Shown here: positions 12,343 through 25,310 of the stretch, piece by piece
How the letters are laid out: the number at the start of each line of letters is the position of its first letter
Position numbering within the stretch: the first letter of the stretch is position 1
Assembly: GCA_951406725.2 (NCBI GenBank)
Contig: OX597826.1
Span: 82,398,001-82,462,000, forward strand
Reading direction: 5' to 3'
DNA from: Octopus vulgaris
Lineage: Eukaryota
Length of the DNA: 64,000 nt
Program-made: the position numbers and the translations under genes
Notes under the pieces: model-generated
The model's input: only the letters and a program-made list of their open reading frames with translations
Databases searched by the model: none
Told to the model about the DNA's origin: nothing

Positions 12343-12731
12343 CTTTATTGCCCACAGAAGGCTAAACATAGAGGGGACAAACAGGGGCAGACAAACGGAT
12401 TAAGTCGATTACATAGACCTCGGTGTGTAACTGGTACTTATTTAATCGACCCCGAAGGATAAAAGACAAAGTCAACCTCGGCGGAATTTGAACTCAGAAC
12501 ATAACGGCAGACGAAATACCTATTTCTTTACTGCCCACAAGGGGACAAACAAGGACAGACAAACGGATTAAGTTGATTATATCGACCGCAGTGCGTAACT
12601 GGTACTTATTTAATCGACCCCGAAAGGATGAAAGGTAAAGTTGACCTCGGCGGAATTCGAACTCAGAACGTAGCGGCAGACGAAATACCGTTAAACATTT
12701 CGCCGGGCGTGCTAACCGTTCTGCCAGTTCG
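12341..12731 (-). mobile_element. SINE family C (MetaSINE-like core), ~1.7 tandem units
   Basis: Minus strand reads GAACTGGCAGAACGG...GAGTTCGAATTCCGCCGAGGTCAACTTTACCTTTCATCCTTTCGGGGTCGATTAAATAAGTACCAG. The ~180-bp 3' part is duplicated in tandem. Confidence 0.85.
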
Positions 12732-13494
12732 TACATATAAACCTTCACCTATACGCATACCCACTACGACAAAAGAATATGTGCTGACCGTTTTCTTGAG
12801 TGTACGATTGAATGAATGCCTGCGCATGCGTTGAAATTCAAAGCTGTAGATAATATATTGAAAATATGATCGTTGCTCACCTTGCTACACTTATTTCCGC
12901 TTCCTTAGTCACAATTTAACTTGTGCCCAAATGAGAATATTGCTCATTTAGTTGCTTTTAACTCTGTACATATAAACACAGAAACCCCGATATCACTGCC
13001 CAGCTCATTTCCCTCTTTCACTAGTCCTTCCTATTTTGCTCAATTTCTTTTCATCTCTCTCTCTCTTTCCCTCTCTCTCCCTCTCTCTCTCTGTCTGTCT
13101 CTCTCTGCATTTCCCTCTCAATCTGATTTTGTTCCACTTCCGTTATTTCTATCACACTCATAGATCTCCATTTGCTCTGGACGCCAATTTAAACACAATC
13201 TGCAATTCAGCATTGCATATTTTTCTTCTACATTTACTCTTTCACCCTAAACGATTATAATAGTTTTCTTTCACCTATTGGTAATTCTATTACAACCATC
13301 CTTACGTTGGTTGTGTTTCCGATATGTTTTTCTCAGAATTTGAGGATTTTCGCAAGTCAAATTTCATTTATTATTTATTATTTCATCTCAGTCTCTGTCT
13401 TTGTCTCTCCCCCCTCTCTCTCTATCTGTCTGTGTCTGTCGTTTTCTCTATATATTTACGTTTATATATGTATGTAATATATTTGTATTTATAC

Positions 13495-13556
<62 letters not shown>

Positions 13557-14727
13557 ATGCGCACATACACAGATAAACACAGAAATACGGACGACATGCA
13601 CAGATGCACACGTCGTAATAGCTCACAGTAACCAACAATTTATCAAGGTGAAGGTGTGTGTTATCGCATAAATTCTGATTCTTGATTTGATATAAATTAC
13701 TTGGAAATTAATCAAATGTAAGTCACAGTTTCATTGAATATCGTGGGAAAATTGTCCTGTGCATCATTTATTTTCTATTTAAATTTAACATAATTTCAGA
13801 GATAAACAGATGTAGTTTCCTCTCGAGGAATATATACACTACAGAAGTTCCTATATTTAAACACACACACACGCACACACACACATACACACACACACAC
13901 ACACAACACACACACACACAAACACACACACATATATGTATGTGTGTAACACAAATTCATAAAGGTATACATAGATACATACAGACACGCACATATATAT
14001 ATATATATATATATACATGCATACATACATGCATATGTCAATATATATATATCTACACAAGCATATGTAAACACTGACCGAGACAGATACACTGTCGCAC
14101 TCAAACACAGAACTTCGCAACTGACATATATACATGCGTATACTTTATATACAATATATATTAAAGTGAGATGTCTCTAGGCGTGTTTAATGTAATATTT
14201 CAATTCACACAATTTACCTAATGTAGTTTATATTCAATGTGGATCACTTATCTCGTTGTATTTGCATATTAATTGTATATTATATTATAGAACTGTCGCA
14301 ATATATTATAACGGCATTATATTCCATTGTTGTTTGAAACGAAATGTCTGTCAAAACATGTGTTCCCATCTCTCATACACGCCACGCCGAATCCTCATGT
14401 CTACACAAGCAAAAGAACCGCGCATAACGACACTCAAACATACTCCAATACATACAGAAGCAAGCAAGTTTATTCATATGGTAAAATAGCACCACACATA
14501 CCTACTCCCAACCCTGTATCTCAGCAGATAGAGAAGGAGACGGGGAGAATCTCAAGCAAATTTGAAACCCCAGATATATTCCTTTTTATCCTAGGCACAA
14601 GGCCCAAAGAGAATCTGTGCAACTTTCCTTAAAGTGCACGTTAAGAAAATTGCATATAAACGTACACACACGCACATATATATATATAGACATATATATA
14701 TATAAATATGTGTGTGTGTGTGTGTGT

Positions 14728-14935
14728 GACCGCGTGTGTACCGTTGGCGATTTTTTTCCCTCTGTCTTCCCTTCTCTGAATCTTTCCTTCTCCTATGTTT
14801 TAGACGAAGAGCTCCGCTCGAAACGTTAAACCCTCCTTCTTCCCTTCCTTCCTGAGCGTTCAATAATACTATATTTGTTCCACGTCCTCGCGTTGTTGTA
14901 TTTTCTCTTTGTGTTTTCCTGTTTGGATTAACTTT
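14728..14935 (+). mobile_element. Short PLE-type terminal repeat with hammerhead-like motif at 14797-14831
   Basis: GTTT-TAGACGA-A-GAGC-TCC-GCTC-GAAAC-GT-T-AAAC; the 3' end abuts (TA)n. Confidence 0.6.
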
Positions 14936-15926
14936 ATATATATATATACATATACATAGATATTTATATACATATATATATATATTTATTTATGTATGTG
15001 TATGGATGTATCTATTTATGTGTGTGTTTGTGTGTGTGTGTGCGCGCGTGCAGTATCATGCTTTGATACAGTACGCCTTACCATATATGATCGATTCATT
15101 GCTGAGATCCATATTCCACCCCTAAAACTGGGGTAAATCTTACCGCAACGAAAAGTTACTCAGACAAATATTTCATTTAATAGTCGGGAGAAAATAAAGA
15201 AACACCGGAAGCGGGAAATTTCCTGGTAGACTTGGAGTCCTCGTCTCTTATTTCCGAATACTTTTTTCGGACTACTGGAAAAAATTCCAGATTTTATGGT
15301 GAGTATCATAAATATTTGATAGGAAAAACTATTAAAATTTTATATTCAGTTACTCTTTTCTACCCATCCATTGTAGCAGCCTGTATTTGGGTTAAAATTA
15401 GAAGTTTTGATGTAGAGCTACTATCACTTAGTGAAAGGAAAAATATAGGTTCTCATAGCGCACAGGCCAAATTTAAAATTCCGAGACAAATTACTGCCAA
15501 TCATAAAATATGAATGTGAGAAAATTGAACGTAGTAGTTACGTAGGCATTGGCAACCAAAGCCCTATGAAATCTAGTTATAGGTTTAGCAAACATATTAA
15601 TGGCTTGACCAGAAGTAAATTACTTACCATATCTAGTAATACTTTTAAGTATTTAATTAGGCCTCCAAACATGAAAAATACCTGTAATTGTAGATTTAGG
15701 AATGACTGACCTTTGGATCGTAAATGTACACAGACCAATGTAATAGTGTTGAGCTAAAAACTAAAATTAATTCTCCTTGCTGCATTCAACTCTCAGCTTG
15801 CCCTGTCAAGAAAATTATTCCTGCTTGTAAGAAGTTCTTTACTAATGAAGGATTAAAATTTCCTCTTCATTACTCAATCGAATTAGAAATCTAAGAATAT
15901 AAGATACTGCTTAATATAGTCATTAT

Positions 15927-16920
15927 ACCAGATCATCCCATAAGTTCTGTCCGAATTTTCAATAAAGAAAACAAGTGATCAGATGATATATTTAATTGAA
16001 ATTTAATCACCAATGTACTTTCCCTGATTATCTATGACTTCCTTCCATCTTGTTACAAGCTTTTTAATCCCATCAATGTAAAACTCTTTTGGTTTCAAAG
16101 AGAAGAAATCTGAAATGTCAGTTTATGCTTCCTCCTGGCTTGCGAAAGTTATGTCCCCCAAATGATTCTGTAAACTACGAAACAAATGGTACCCTGAAGG
16201 AGCAAGGTCGGGAGAATAAGGTGGATGAGGAATTTTTCCCAACCAAGCTCTTGTATCTTCTGTGATGTGATCTTTGCAGTGTGGGGTCGTGCATTGTCCT
16301 GATGAAACATCACTCCTTTTTGATTCAATAAAGCGGGTCTTTTTTTCTTCAAAGCTCGATTCAAACGCCCTTATTGCTGACAGTAGCCATGAGCATTGAT
16401 TGTTACATTAGGTGGTAACAATTCAAAGTGAATTACTCCTTTGCATTCTTACTAGACAGAGAGGAGAACCTTTTTCCCATGAAGTTCCCTTCTTGGTTGT
16501 GGTCGAACTTTTTCCTTTTACCAATCCACTGTTTACGACGTTTAACATTTCGATAGAAGATCCATTTTTCGTCACTAGTCAGAGGTCTATCGAAAAAGGG
16601 TGAAATTAGTTCTCGAGAATGGAGAGAAGAGTAGATGTCAACTCGGGATTTGCGGTTGCTTTCTGAAAATTCATGAGGCATTTTCCAAGTTTAGGAACCT
16701 TTGCAAATTGTTGAAAATGACGATGAACAGTTGTATGGTTTGAACTAAGCTTTATTGCCAATTGTTCAACTGATAATGCAGGATTTTTTTCAAGTAATGC
16801 CTCAAGGAGCTTATCATCAAACTCAACTGGACGTCCTGTTCGATCTTCATCTTCAAGGCTAAAATCACCAATTCTGAATTTTGCAAACCATCTTCTGCAA
16901 GTTCTTTTATGGAAATTCAA
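15927..16920 (-). pseudogene. Mariner (DD34D) transposase relic, 5'-truncated
   Basis: RRWFAKFR.GDFSLEDEDRTGRP, PHEFS, TSDEKW, FHQDNARPHTA and PYSPDLAPS.YHLFRSLQNHL across frameshifts. One TIR-like end (CCAGATCATCCCATAAGTTCTGTCCG) follows a TA. Confidence 0.93.
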
Positions 16921-17331
16921 AACATACCTATCTATCTTTCGGCCTGAAAATTCCTTGTTTTCTCGAAGGATTGCTCAATAACAATATTTTCGACTTCGGA
17001 TATCCTACATTTCTATATTTTCTCTTTCACTCTCCGATGCTGGAATACATAAGTTACGTGGAATTATTTACTGAACAGCATCATCCCCATGATTAGCTTT
17101 TCTAGAAACACCTCCAAAGGACTTCGGCATTTATTACAACCACTTCGCACTTTATATTATAAACTGGAAATTAAATGCTTTGTTTCTTCATTATTTGTTA
17201 CAATGTATATTTACTTGCCCAATGATAGACCAACCACTTCTAGTCACCTTCCGCCTTTCACAGGCAATTTGAGTCCCACATTTCACGGTGGCAGTTCATG
17301 TAGAAGATGGTGAACCAAACTAGGCACTCAC

Positions 17332-17379
<48 letters not shown>

Positions 17380-17910
17380 AGGATGAGATCGTTAGTTTAA
17401 AATAAAATAACGATTATATCAAGTGGCCAGCATTGAAAAAAAAATTTCCTTCAAAGGTAATAATTATTAAAATTATAAATTAGTGTATCTACGAGATACC
17501 ACCATGCTATTTTCAGCATGGTGGTATCTCGTAGATACACTAATTTATAATTTTATATATATATACACACATACATACATAGAAAAGCACATAGAATTAT
17601 ACATATACTATATTCATGTTTAACAAGTTCCGTTCCGTTTATCTAATGTGGAATGCACGCACCACCTCGCTGACATCATAATAAAGTCATTCTACGGTAC
17701 GTTTAACGGTTTATAATTTTTTCACAGGCGTTTATATCAGAAACTGGATATCAATGTATTGAATTTCGTTCGATGCCAATCTGCCAGAGCTGTATTTCTG
17801 TAGCTTTATTCAGCCTGACGCTTGATTGCGACATCAGGGATTTTTTCAATCACTGTTTAACTACTCCAAAACCGTCAGACTTTGCCTTACAAGCAGTTTT
17901 CCAGTGGTTA

Positions 17911-17957
17911 CTTGCTACTGATGAAGCATAATATTGAAGAAACGGGCGCTTAGCAAG
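17911..17957 (+). ncRNA. Degenerate hammerhead ribozyme relic
   Basis: CTTGCTA-CTGATGA-AGCATATAATTGAA-GAAAC-GGGCGC-T-TAGCAAG has a perfect 7-bp helix I and both core strands. Helix II and the cleavage triplet are mutated. Confidence 0.5.
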
Positions 17958-20004
17958 ACCATCGTTGCTGCTGCTGCTGTATTTCCCCCCAAAATTGATA
18001 TATTTCTGTTTTTAACACTGCACATCTGTAAAACATTTTGTCACGTGACAGATGCCACAGTAAATTCGACTTTCAACGACGCACCTACTTTAAGTATGAT
18101 ACACAGTTTGTTACTTACAGTATTTCTTCCATTGCACATAACTACTAGATATCCGAACACATATAATACAAATATAAATATTCATTCAGACGAATTTCTT
18201 AAATGATTTCTCACTAGTAAAAGCGAAGAAACTACAATACACGTACATAAACACAAGCATGAAAACAATATGTTCATATCGTAATATACGTAACGAATAT
18301 TACACAAAGATACGTCCCTGCACAAATATATTTGCAAACACAGAGATAATTACGAGAACTACAATATAATGATATGGATATATTTGCAAATATCTATAAA
18401 TACGAGTTTGAAATTGGGTGTATAAAGTTTCATTTCTATTTTTGAGATGAAGATTACGAGTTGATTTTCCTTGTTATTCTGTTAGCTATGCGTTTAGAAT
18501 GATCAACTTCTATGTTATGCTCATTTCTTATGTTACCATTAATGTTGCGGGTGTATGTTTTGGATATTGTATTCTTCACACCTATGTGCTGAATATCACC
18601 CATTTTAGAATTACTCGGATGATTTGGGTAATCTTGGATGTTTACATTACTTATGTGTTATTTGATATATTTATTCATTTTACTGCATTGGATCGTCCTA
18701 TAATATTATCCAGTTTTGGTGCTGTAGAGGATCAGAATTTACAGTGCATTTTTTAAAACTGCAGGGACATTTGCGGTTCAGAGGAAAGTTACTACTCAAT
18801 GTAACTCAATGTATTGAAGAAACCTTTAGTTATATTTGTCCTAGCATTTTTTGCATCAAGTGTATTAAAGCCAATTACATTCTTTTACCTTGTTTTAATA
18901 TCTCTAGTTTTTGGTGCGTCACAGAATGTTCTTGGAGAAGTATATTTCGATTTCAATTAGTTATTAGAATATTCAATTTTCAGAAAGGACTGCTATATTT
19001 TCCCCTACATTCTCAGTTATAATTTTTTATATTAGCATTTGGTTTGTTAATAGCCGCTGGATCCCACTTATTTGATTTCTGGACGCATTTTATCATTTTT
19101 TAAAGTTTTGTGGCATATTTGTTGTCAAGAGATTTAGATTCACCATTTCTGTTTGTTAAGTAAATGTTTACGACTATCAGCAAATTTAGCAATTTTGCTT
19201 TTCTATTAACAGAGATTTCATTATTTGTTTTCCACGAACTAATGCTACTTACATTAGCATTGCGGTTAATTATATTAGACTCGATTATATTAGAATTATC
19301 ACTTCCTCGCTTCATAGCAAATATTTTTACGTTTTGAAGTTTGTGTTAGTGTTGTGTAGTGTATTAATACGCTGACTATACTTATGTGTAGAATTTATGC
19401 TATATTTAGAATTGTTTCTATGGGAGGGCGTAGTAAACTGGGTCTTATCTCTTCAGAACCATTTTTCAACAAAACTTCCTCACAGTTATAATTATAATAT
19501 TCACTGATATCATAAAAAAGTTTCTGCGTCAGAGGTTAGTTTTGGTATTCTAAATGGAATATTCTTTATATGATAAACAATTATAGATTTTTGATGATTA
19601 GAAAGATTTTTGCGTATGTAGTTAAGCCTATCAGTAGGTTTATGGAAAGCAAAAATGTCAGCAGTTATTCAAACTTAAAGTGACAGCAAGGAAATTTATG
19701 CTTTTCATAGTGCAAGCTGAAAGAGATAGACATATTAAAATGTTTAGAGAAAGTTAATAGACTTATTGAGGTGTATATAATACCAATGGAGAATCAGAGG
19801 AAAACTATATTTACTACTTTATTAGAAATTGGACGCACAAGGATTTACATGGTTTTCTATGTATTAGATAACCGATATGCAATGTCATTCGAAAGAGAAA
19901 TTAAATTCATCAGTGTAAACATATATATATATATATATATATATATAAACATACTCACACACACACACACACATACACACACACACACACACACACATGT
20001 ATAT

Positions 20005-20320
20005 AGGTACAAGGCTTCGTACTTTGGGCATTCAACTCATGGTCATAAAGTCATGAGTTCGATTCCTGGCGGCACGTTGTGTCCTTCAGCAGGACACTTT
20101 ATTTCACGTTGCTCTCATATGTCCAGCTACCAAAAACCATCAGTTACATTTGTCATTCAAATGTTCGGCATTGTCACAATCTGTCAGGCTGAATATCTCA
20201 GAGAACGACGTTAAGGGTTTGCGTGTTTGTCGAGTACTCAGCCATTGTACATTGATTTCACGTGCTGGCTCTTCAGTTCAAAGGTTCACTGACCGTCATT
20301 ATTACCGATGGGATGCCAGT
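20005..20320 (+). mobile_element. Diverged SINE family B copy
   Basis: B box GAGTTCGATTCC; GCTGAATATCTCAGAGAACGACGTTAAGGGT...CTCAGCCA aligns with 10990-11100. Confidence 0.75.
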
Positions 20321-20321
20321 T

Positions 20322-20397
<76 letters not shown>

Positions 20398-21057
20398 ACA
20401 AAAGTTAGCGCTCATTAAATAGAGCTCAAAGAATATAATGTAGGTTTCAATGAAATGGCAACTTTCGAGATATTGACAACCAAAAACCAGATTATTTTCC
20501 TCAATATACTCTTCGAAAGACATAACATTTCACTTAAAATATATAATATATAAATACAAAAATAAATACAAAAATATATATATAAATGCATAAATATAAA
20601 TATAAAATGTAAAATATAAAATATATATATTCATATGAGATCACTTCGCGTGTTAAAAGTACATAGCCAATGCATTGCAAAATCAGGGATATTAAAGGAT
20701 GAATGGATCGCTAAAAAAGTTTAAATCCAGATCGAATTCTTATATATACCATGGACGTTACAAATAAGCTGTTTCAGAATAGGTCAACTATATGCACCCA
20801 TCTCGTGTATATACATATCCTTCATCAGGGATCATAGGGGAAGTTTAAAACAGTTCAAAAAGTTTATGAAATATCAAGAGCCTTCATACTATATATATAT
20901 ATATATATATATGAGTGTGTGTACGTGTGTGTGAACACACTCACACTGCTATTACTACCATTCACCAATGTTTATAATATATTCACGCCACCTGGTGACG
21001 CTTTAGTCCTCAAGTCAATATAATTGTGAGCATGAATATTACTTAATAAACCAGCAC

Positions 21058-21690
21058 GTGGTCCACCCGAGGAATTACAATATGGACAATAGTATGTTGC
21101 GGGAAAACTGTTGTTCTGTTTTGCCGGAGCTGCTCTTCACACTAATTTGTCCTTATACAGGTGTAGTGGCCTGGCTACATTATGTAAATTTACAAAATGA
21201 CCATAAAAGATTTGCTACGGCAATCGACCACTTCTCATGCCAAGAATGCGTCCACACAATCGCATCTGAAACTTGATGAGGAAAAACTCTAAACAAGAGA
21301 CTCCACTTATTTCTAGGAAAGTGCTATTCTCCACGCTTTCATTCCAATCAGCCTTGCATATTCGCCTGTGACATCTCATAAAAGTTGTTCAGTTTACTGA
21401 TGTGTTTACGAGAAGCTTCTAGATCTCTGCTCCATATAAAAGAGTTGTTAGGACAACTGACTTATACATGTCAATTTTTTTCCTTACTGGGACACTGTGG
21501 CGGTCTAAAGTCGATCACAGACTTCCAAAAAGCTGCACTGCTCTTTCCAATACGAGATTGAAACTCTCTATCGAGTTTAGCATCGCTTGATACAGTTGAG
21601 CCCAAATATGTGAAAGCATCACCAGGTTTCAGAGTTTTGTTTTCAACTGGGCTTCTAGATTGTTACCAGGATGTGGTCGACACGGTCTGT
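21058..21690 (-). pseudogene. Decayed RTE-clade LINE, post-RT region
   Basis: Minus strand reads FTYLGSTVSSDAKLDREFQSRIGKSSAAF ... MYKSVVLTTLLYGAE, a typical RTE signature. Confidence 0.85.
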
Positions 21691-21719
21691 TTCTGTGCTG
21701 CCAAAAAATGTAGCTCATG

Positions 21720-21935
21720 CTGCAAACTCGAAATGAGGAGTAGATGGGCAGCCGACGACTGATGAAGGGTCGTTCTTTATGTTATTTGTCTTGTTTTCCA
21801 TTTGTTTCTCTCGTTGTTCGCATACCCAAGTTTGTCTTCGTATTTCATGTTGTTTACGTTTTGTGACGTCCTGTACCCATATATGCATCTTTATATACAT
21901 ATATATGTATGTATCTATGTATCTATATGTATGTA

Positions 21936-21976
<41 letters not shown>

Positions 21977-22011
21977 ATATAATTGAACGCCATGCATCCA
22001 TTTCTAAGTAA

Positions 22012-22012
<1 letters not shown>
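21720..22012 (+). mobile_element. Non-autonomous PLE/retrozyme-like element fragment
   Basis: Contains CGAAAT...CTGATGAAGG and ends GAACGCCATGCATCCATTTCTAAGTA, the reverse complement of the direct repeat at 59390/59921. The 3' end abuts (TA)n. Confidence 0.6.
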
Positions 22013-22052
<40 letters not shown>

Positions 22053-22530
22053 GGAATAAATCCAAACTTACAGGGAAAAATTAGATTTAGGATTAAATCC
22101 AATTTTATAGTATAAATATATTATGTTATTATATTATTATATTAAATTAGAGATTATATATTTGTTTTGCCCAATTCTTGATGTGAAAACGCGTGTTGAG
22201 ACGGATGTTGGTATATTTTTTATTGTTGTTGTTAGTTTATTCGAGAGAGATCTTTAATATATACTCTTTATCTTTTATTAAACTTTTAATACTTTTGATA
22301 TAAATAAAAAATTATAAATAAATAAATTAATTAATAAAATAATATATAAATATAAAAATATACATATATATATATATATTTGTATATATATATATGTAAA
22401 ATTTATTAGTTTAAATTCTTTAAATAATTTTTTATTTTTAACTTTTATATTTTAAAATTAATTTTATGTATTGGCTTATGTTTATCTCTAATTTAATATA
22501 ATAATATATATATATATATATACATATATA

Positions 22531-22683
22531 CGACTGGCCTTTTCAGTATCCGTCTACTAAACCCACTCACAAGGCTTTGGTCGACCCGAGGTTATAGTAG
22601 AGAGTACTTGCCCAAGGGGCCACGCAGTGGGACTGAACCCAGAACCTTGTGGTTGGCAAGCAAACTCGTACCACACAGCCACA
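22531..22683 (-). mobile_element. SINE family A, 5' portion
   Basis: Matches ~722-875, including the A and B boxes. Confidence 0.85.
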
Positions 22684-25129
22684 TAGATATATATAAACAC
22701 GTTTATATATTTGTTTTGCCCAATTGTTGATGTGAAAACGCGTGTTGAGACGGATATTGTTATATTTTTTATTGTTGTTGTCAGTTTATTCGAGAGAGAT
22801 CTTTAGTGACCTCTTAAATGACATTCTGTCGTTCGTGTCTCCTCGTGTCTCTGATCTTCTTCTATCTACTCCATTTTGTCTTTCTGTAATCTCTGTCTGT
22901 TTATGTGTTCCTGACCGTGTTCACTTATCCTCTCACCTATGCTACGGACTGTCTCTGCAATGTACGTCCTGTCCTGTTTCTGCACGTCCCCCTATACATC
23001 TTATACAATCAGACTGCATACCAATTGTTTTAGTCTTGCAGTTTTACTACACACAAAGCAGACGATAGTCAAGAAGCTACAAATGAATGCACAGTTTCGC
23101 CAGAGAGTGACTATGACGTGTGTTTTGGTGTTTTAAAAGATATTGCCGAAAGCAAGAATTTTTCTCAAAGGCAAACAGCAGTGAATTCAGATTTTGAAAG
23201 ATCAAACATATTTGAACTGATTTCAATGTTGTTTATTGCTTATTGTAATATTTGTATTTGTAATTCCTTCTGTGTCTTGTGTGTCTATTAGATCAATATT
23301 ACTATTGGACCTGCTGTATGTTTTATTTAACTTCACTTCTTTATTATTTGTGACTCGGTTACCTGGCTACGACCAGTAGAATGGATACTTTAGTGAAGAT
23401 GTCACAAATGGTGATGAATCAACTTCGGCGAATACCACTAATGGATTGATTTACCGAATGATCAATCAAACAATCGATGGTTCGCTTGTTAAATATTTAA
23501 CGAATTTACGAATAATGCAGACATGAAATTGAACCACTGCGTGTATTTATTATCAGCAGAACTGTCTTCCTCAGACACAATAATATTTGGTTCGGTTAAT
23601 GAGTTTATATCAGGAAATCAAATACAGAAAAGAAATATGCACATATTTCCCAGAGCCTATCTCTAAACCACGCATGCATTTGCCACAAAAGAACATCGAT
23701 GTTCAAGTTTTTACATCGGAATTTTACCTCTCTCTCAGAGATGTCTATACTAAGGCCAGGATCTTTCATTCCCATGTGTTGGACGGCCATTAACTCTGCT
23801 GAGTTCATTCGTCTTCCAACAGGTTTTGTTTGTCGTTCCGCAATGTCTTCAACGAAAATTATCCTCCGTACCGAGCCAGCTTGGTTGCTGCTTTAGTCGT
23901 CTACGGAAGAATCATTCGCTATAGGCATGCCTAGATAGCTGCTTCCAACCAGATTTATCTGCACACATGCAAATACACAAACGCACTCATAAAAGCAACG
24001 CACACAATATAAGAGAGACAATAAAGACATTGATATTAACCAAGAGGAAGATGAGGAAATTTAGTTCTACACACATAATATATGTGCATACACACATACC
24101 TATGTATATAAAAACGTATATATAAATGTGTATGTATGCACGCGCAAATATATATAGATAAACAGAAAGATATATAGATAGACAAGAAAAAATAGAACTG
24201 TACATCGATGAATCGATACGTTGATATTAGTTTTACGCATGCGTGGATATAGGCAAGTAAAACATTTATTTATTTCTTCATCGTAATAGGGAGTTTAATA
24301 TCCATTTTGTGCAAATGTTTTTGGTGTTTTGCCGATATTTTGAAAGAAAAAAATGCTCAAATAAAATATATAATTGTCTTACAAAATCCCATTTAAATGC
24401 AATCTTTACGGATGCTGGTTTTGTGTGAAAAATAAAATATATGGAAGTTTTGCGTCTGCTATCTAAGAATGTAATCGAGCAATCAAACATTTCTAAAATT
24501 AAATATCCTTATCTGACCGTACATATTTATTACTGCTACGGAAACTGCATCTACTTTTTGTTCTACCATCGTTTATTTGCACCAGTTTCCCCACGCACAA
24601 CTGTCTCTCATAAATACACTGCGTAGTCATTCGTAATGCTAGAAATAGCATATTTCTCCATCTCATTCTCAATGTAGCGTATCATAAAAGAGAAGGGCTC
24701 ATTAGATATCGTTACAGCTAAAATTCCTTAAAGCATAGATTCATTCATTCAAGGGTAAACAGTGGTTAAACAAAACTACATCCGACCGAATTTTTGTTAT
24801 CTCTCGTACACTAATTTTTGCAAAGAAACAAACTTTCGACGATACAAGAGAAAACACTTTGGCTAAATTTTGTAAGTGTGTGATCTACTTGTAAATCATA
24901 TATAATGTTACTTCATAATATTTCTTTTATGTTATAAACATTGCCATGCAGGGCATGTGAATGTTTATAATGAACGATAATGATGCTACATACGTAGTTT
25001 CAGATGACAGATACAATTTATGATCGGCAGCAGAGTAAGTATAGACTTTGCTTTTTTTTTAATCTTTATTATGGTAAAAGGAGCTTTAATAGTCTTGTTT
25101 TTAATATTTTTTTTTAAAGGGAAATGCTT

Positions 25130-25310
25130 TAAGCTAGCAGAATTGTTAGCCGGACGAAATGGTTAGCAGCATTCCATGCGACTTTAGGTCCTGCGTTCAA
25201 ATTCCGCTGAGGTCGTCTTTGCCTGTTACCCTTTCGGAACTGATCAAACCAGATGATCACTGAGATTGATGTAATTGACCTCCCCCGAAATTGTCGATTC
25301 TGTGCCGAAA
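25130..25310 (+). mobile_element. Diverged SINE family C
   Basis: GCTAGCAGAATTGTTAGC...GTTCAAATTCCGCTGAGGTCGTCTTTGCC resembles 48340-48550. Confidence 0.65.

Noticed and set aside
16925-17320. Possible RTE endonuclease fragment
   Set aside because: Similarity is limited to a few residues, too weak to call without a search.
18400-19400. Possible host exon or LINE ORF1 on the minus strand (also 3900-4330, 34860-35150 and 43760-45050)
   Set aside because: These have multiple stops and no motif I can identify with confidence. They are probably decayed LINE ORF1 sequence but cannot be supported.
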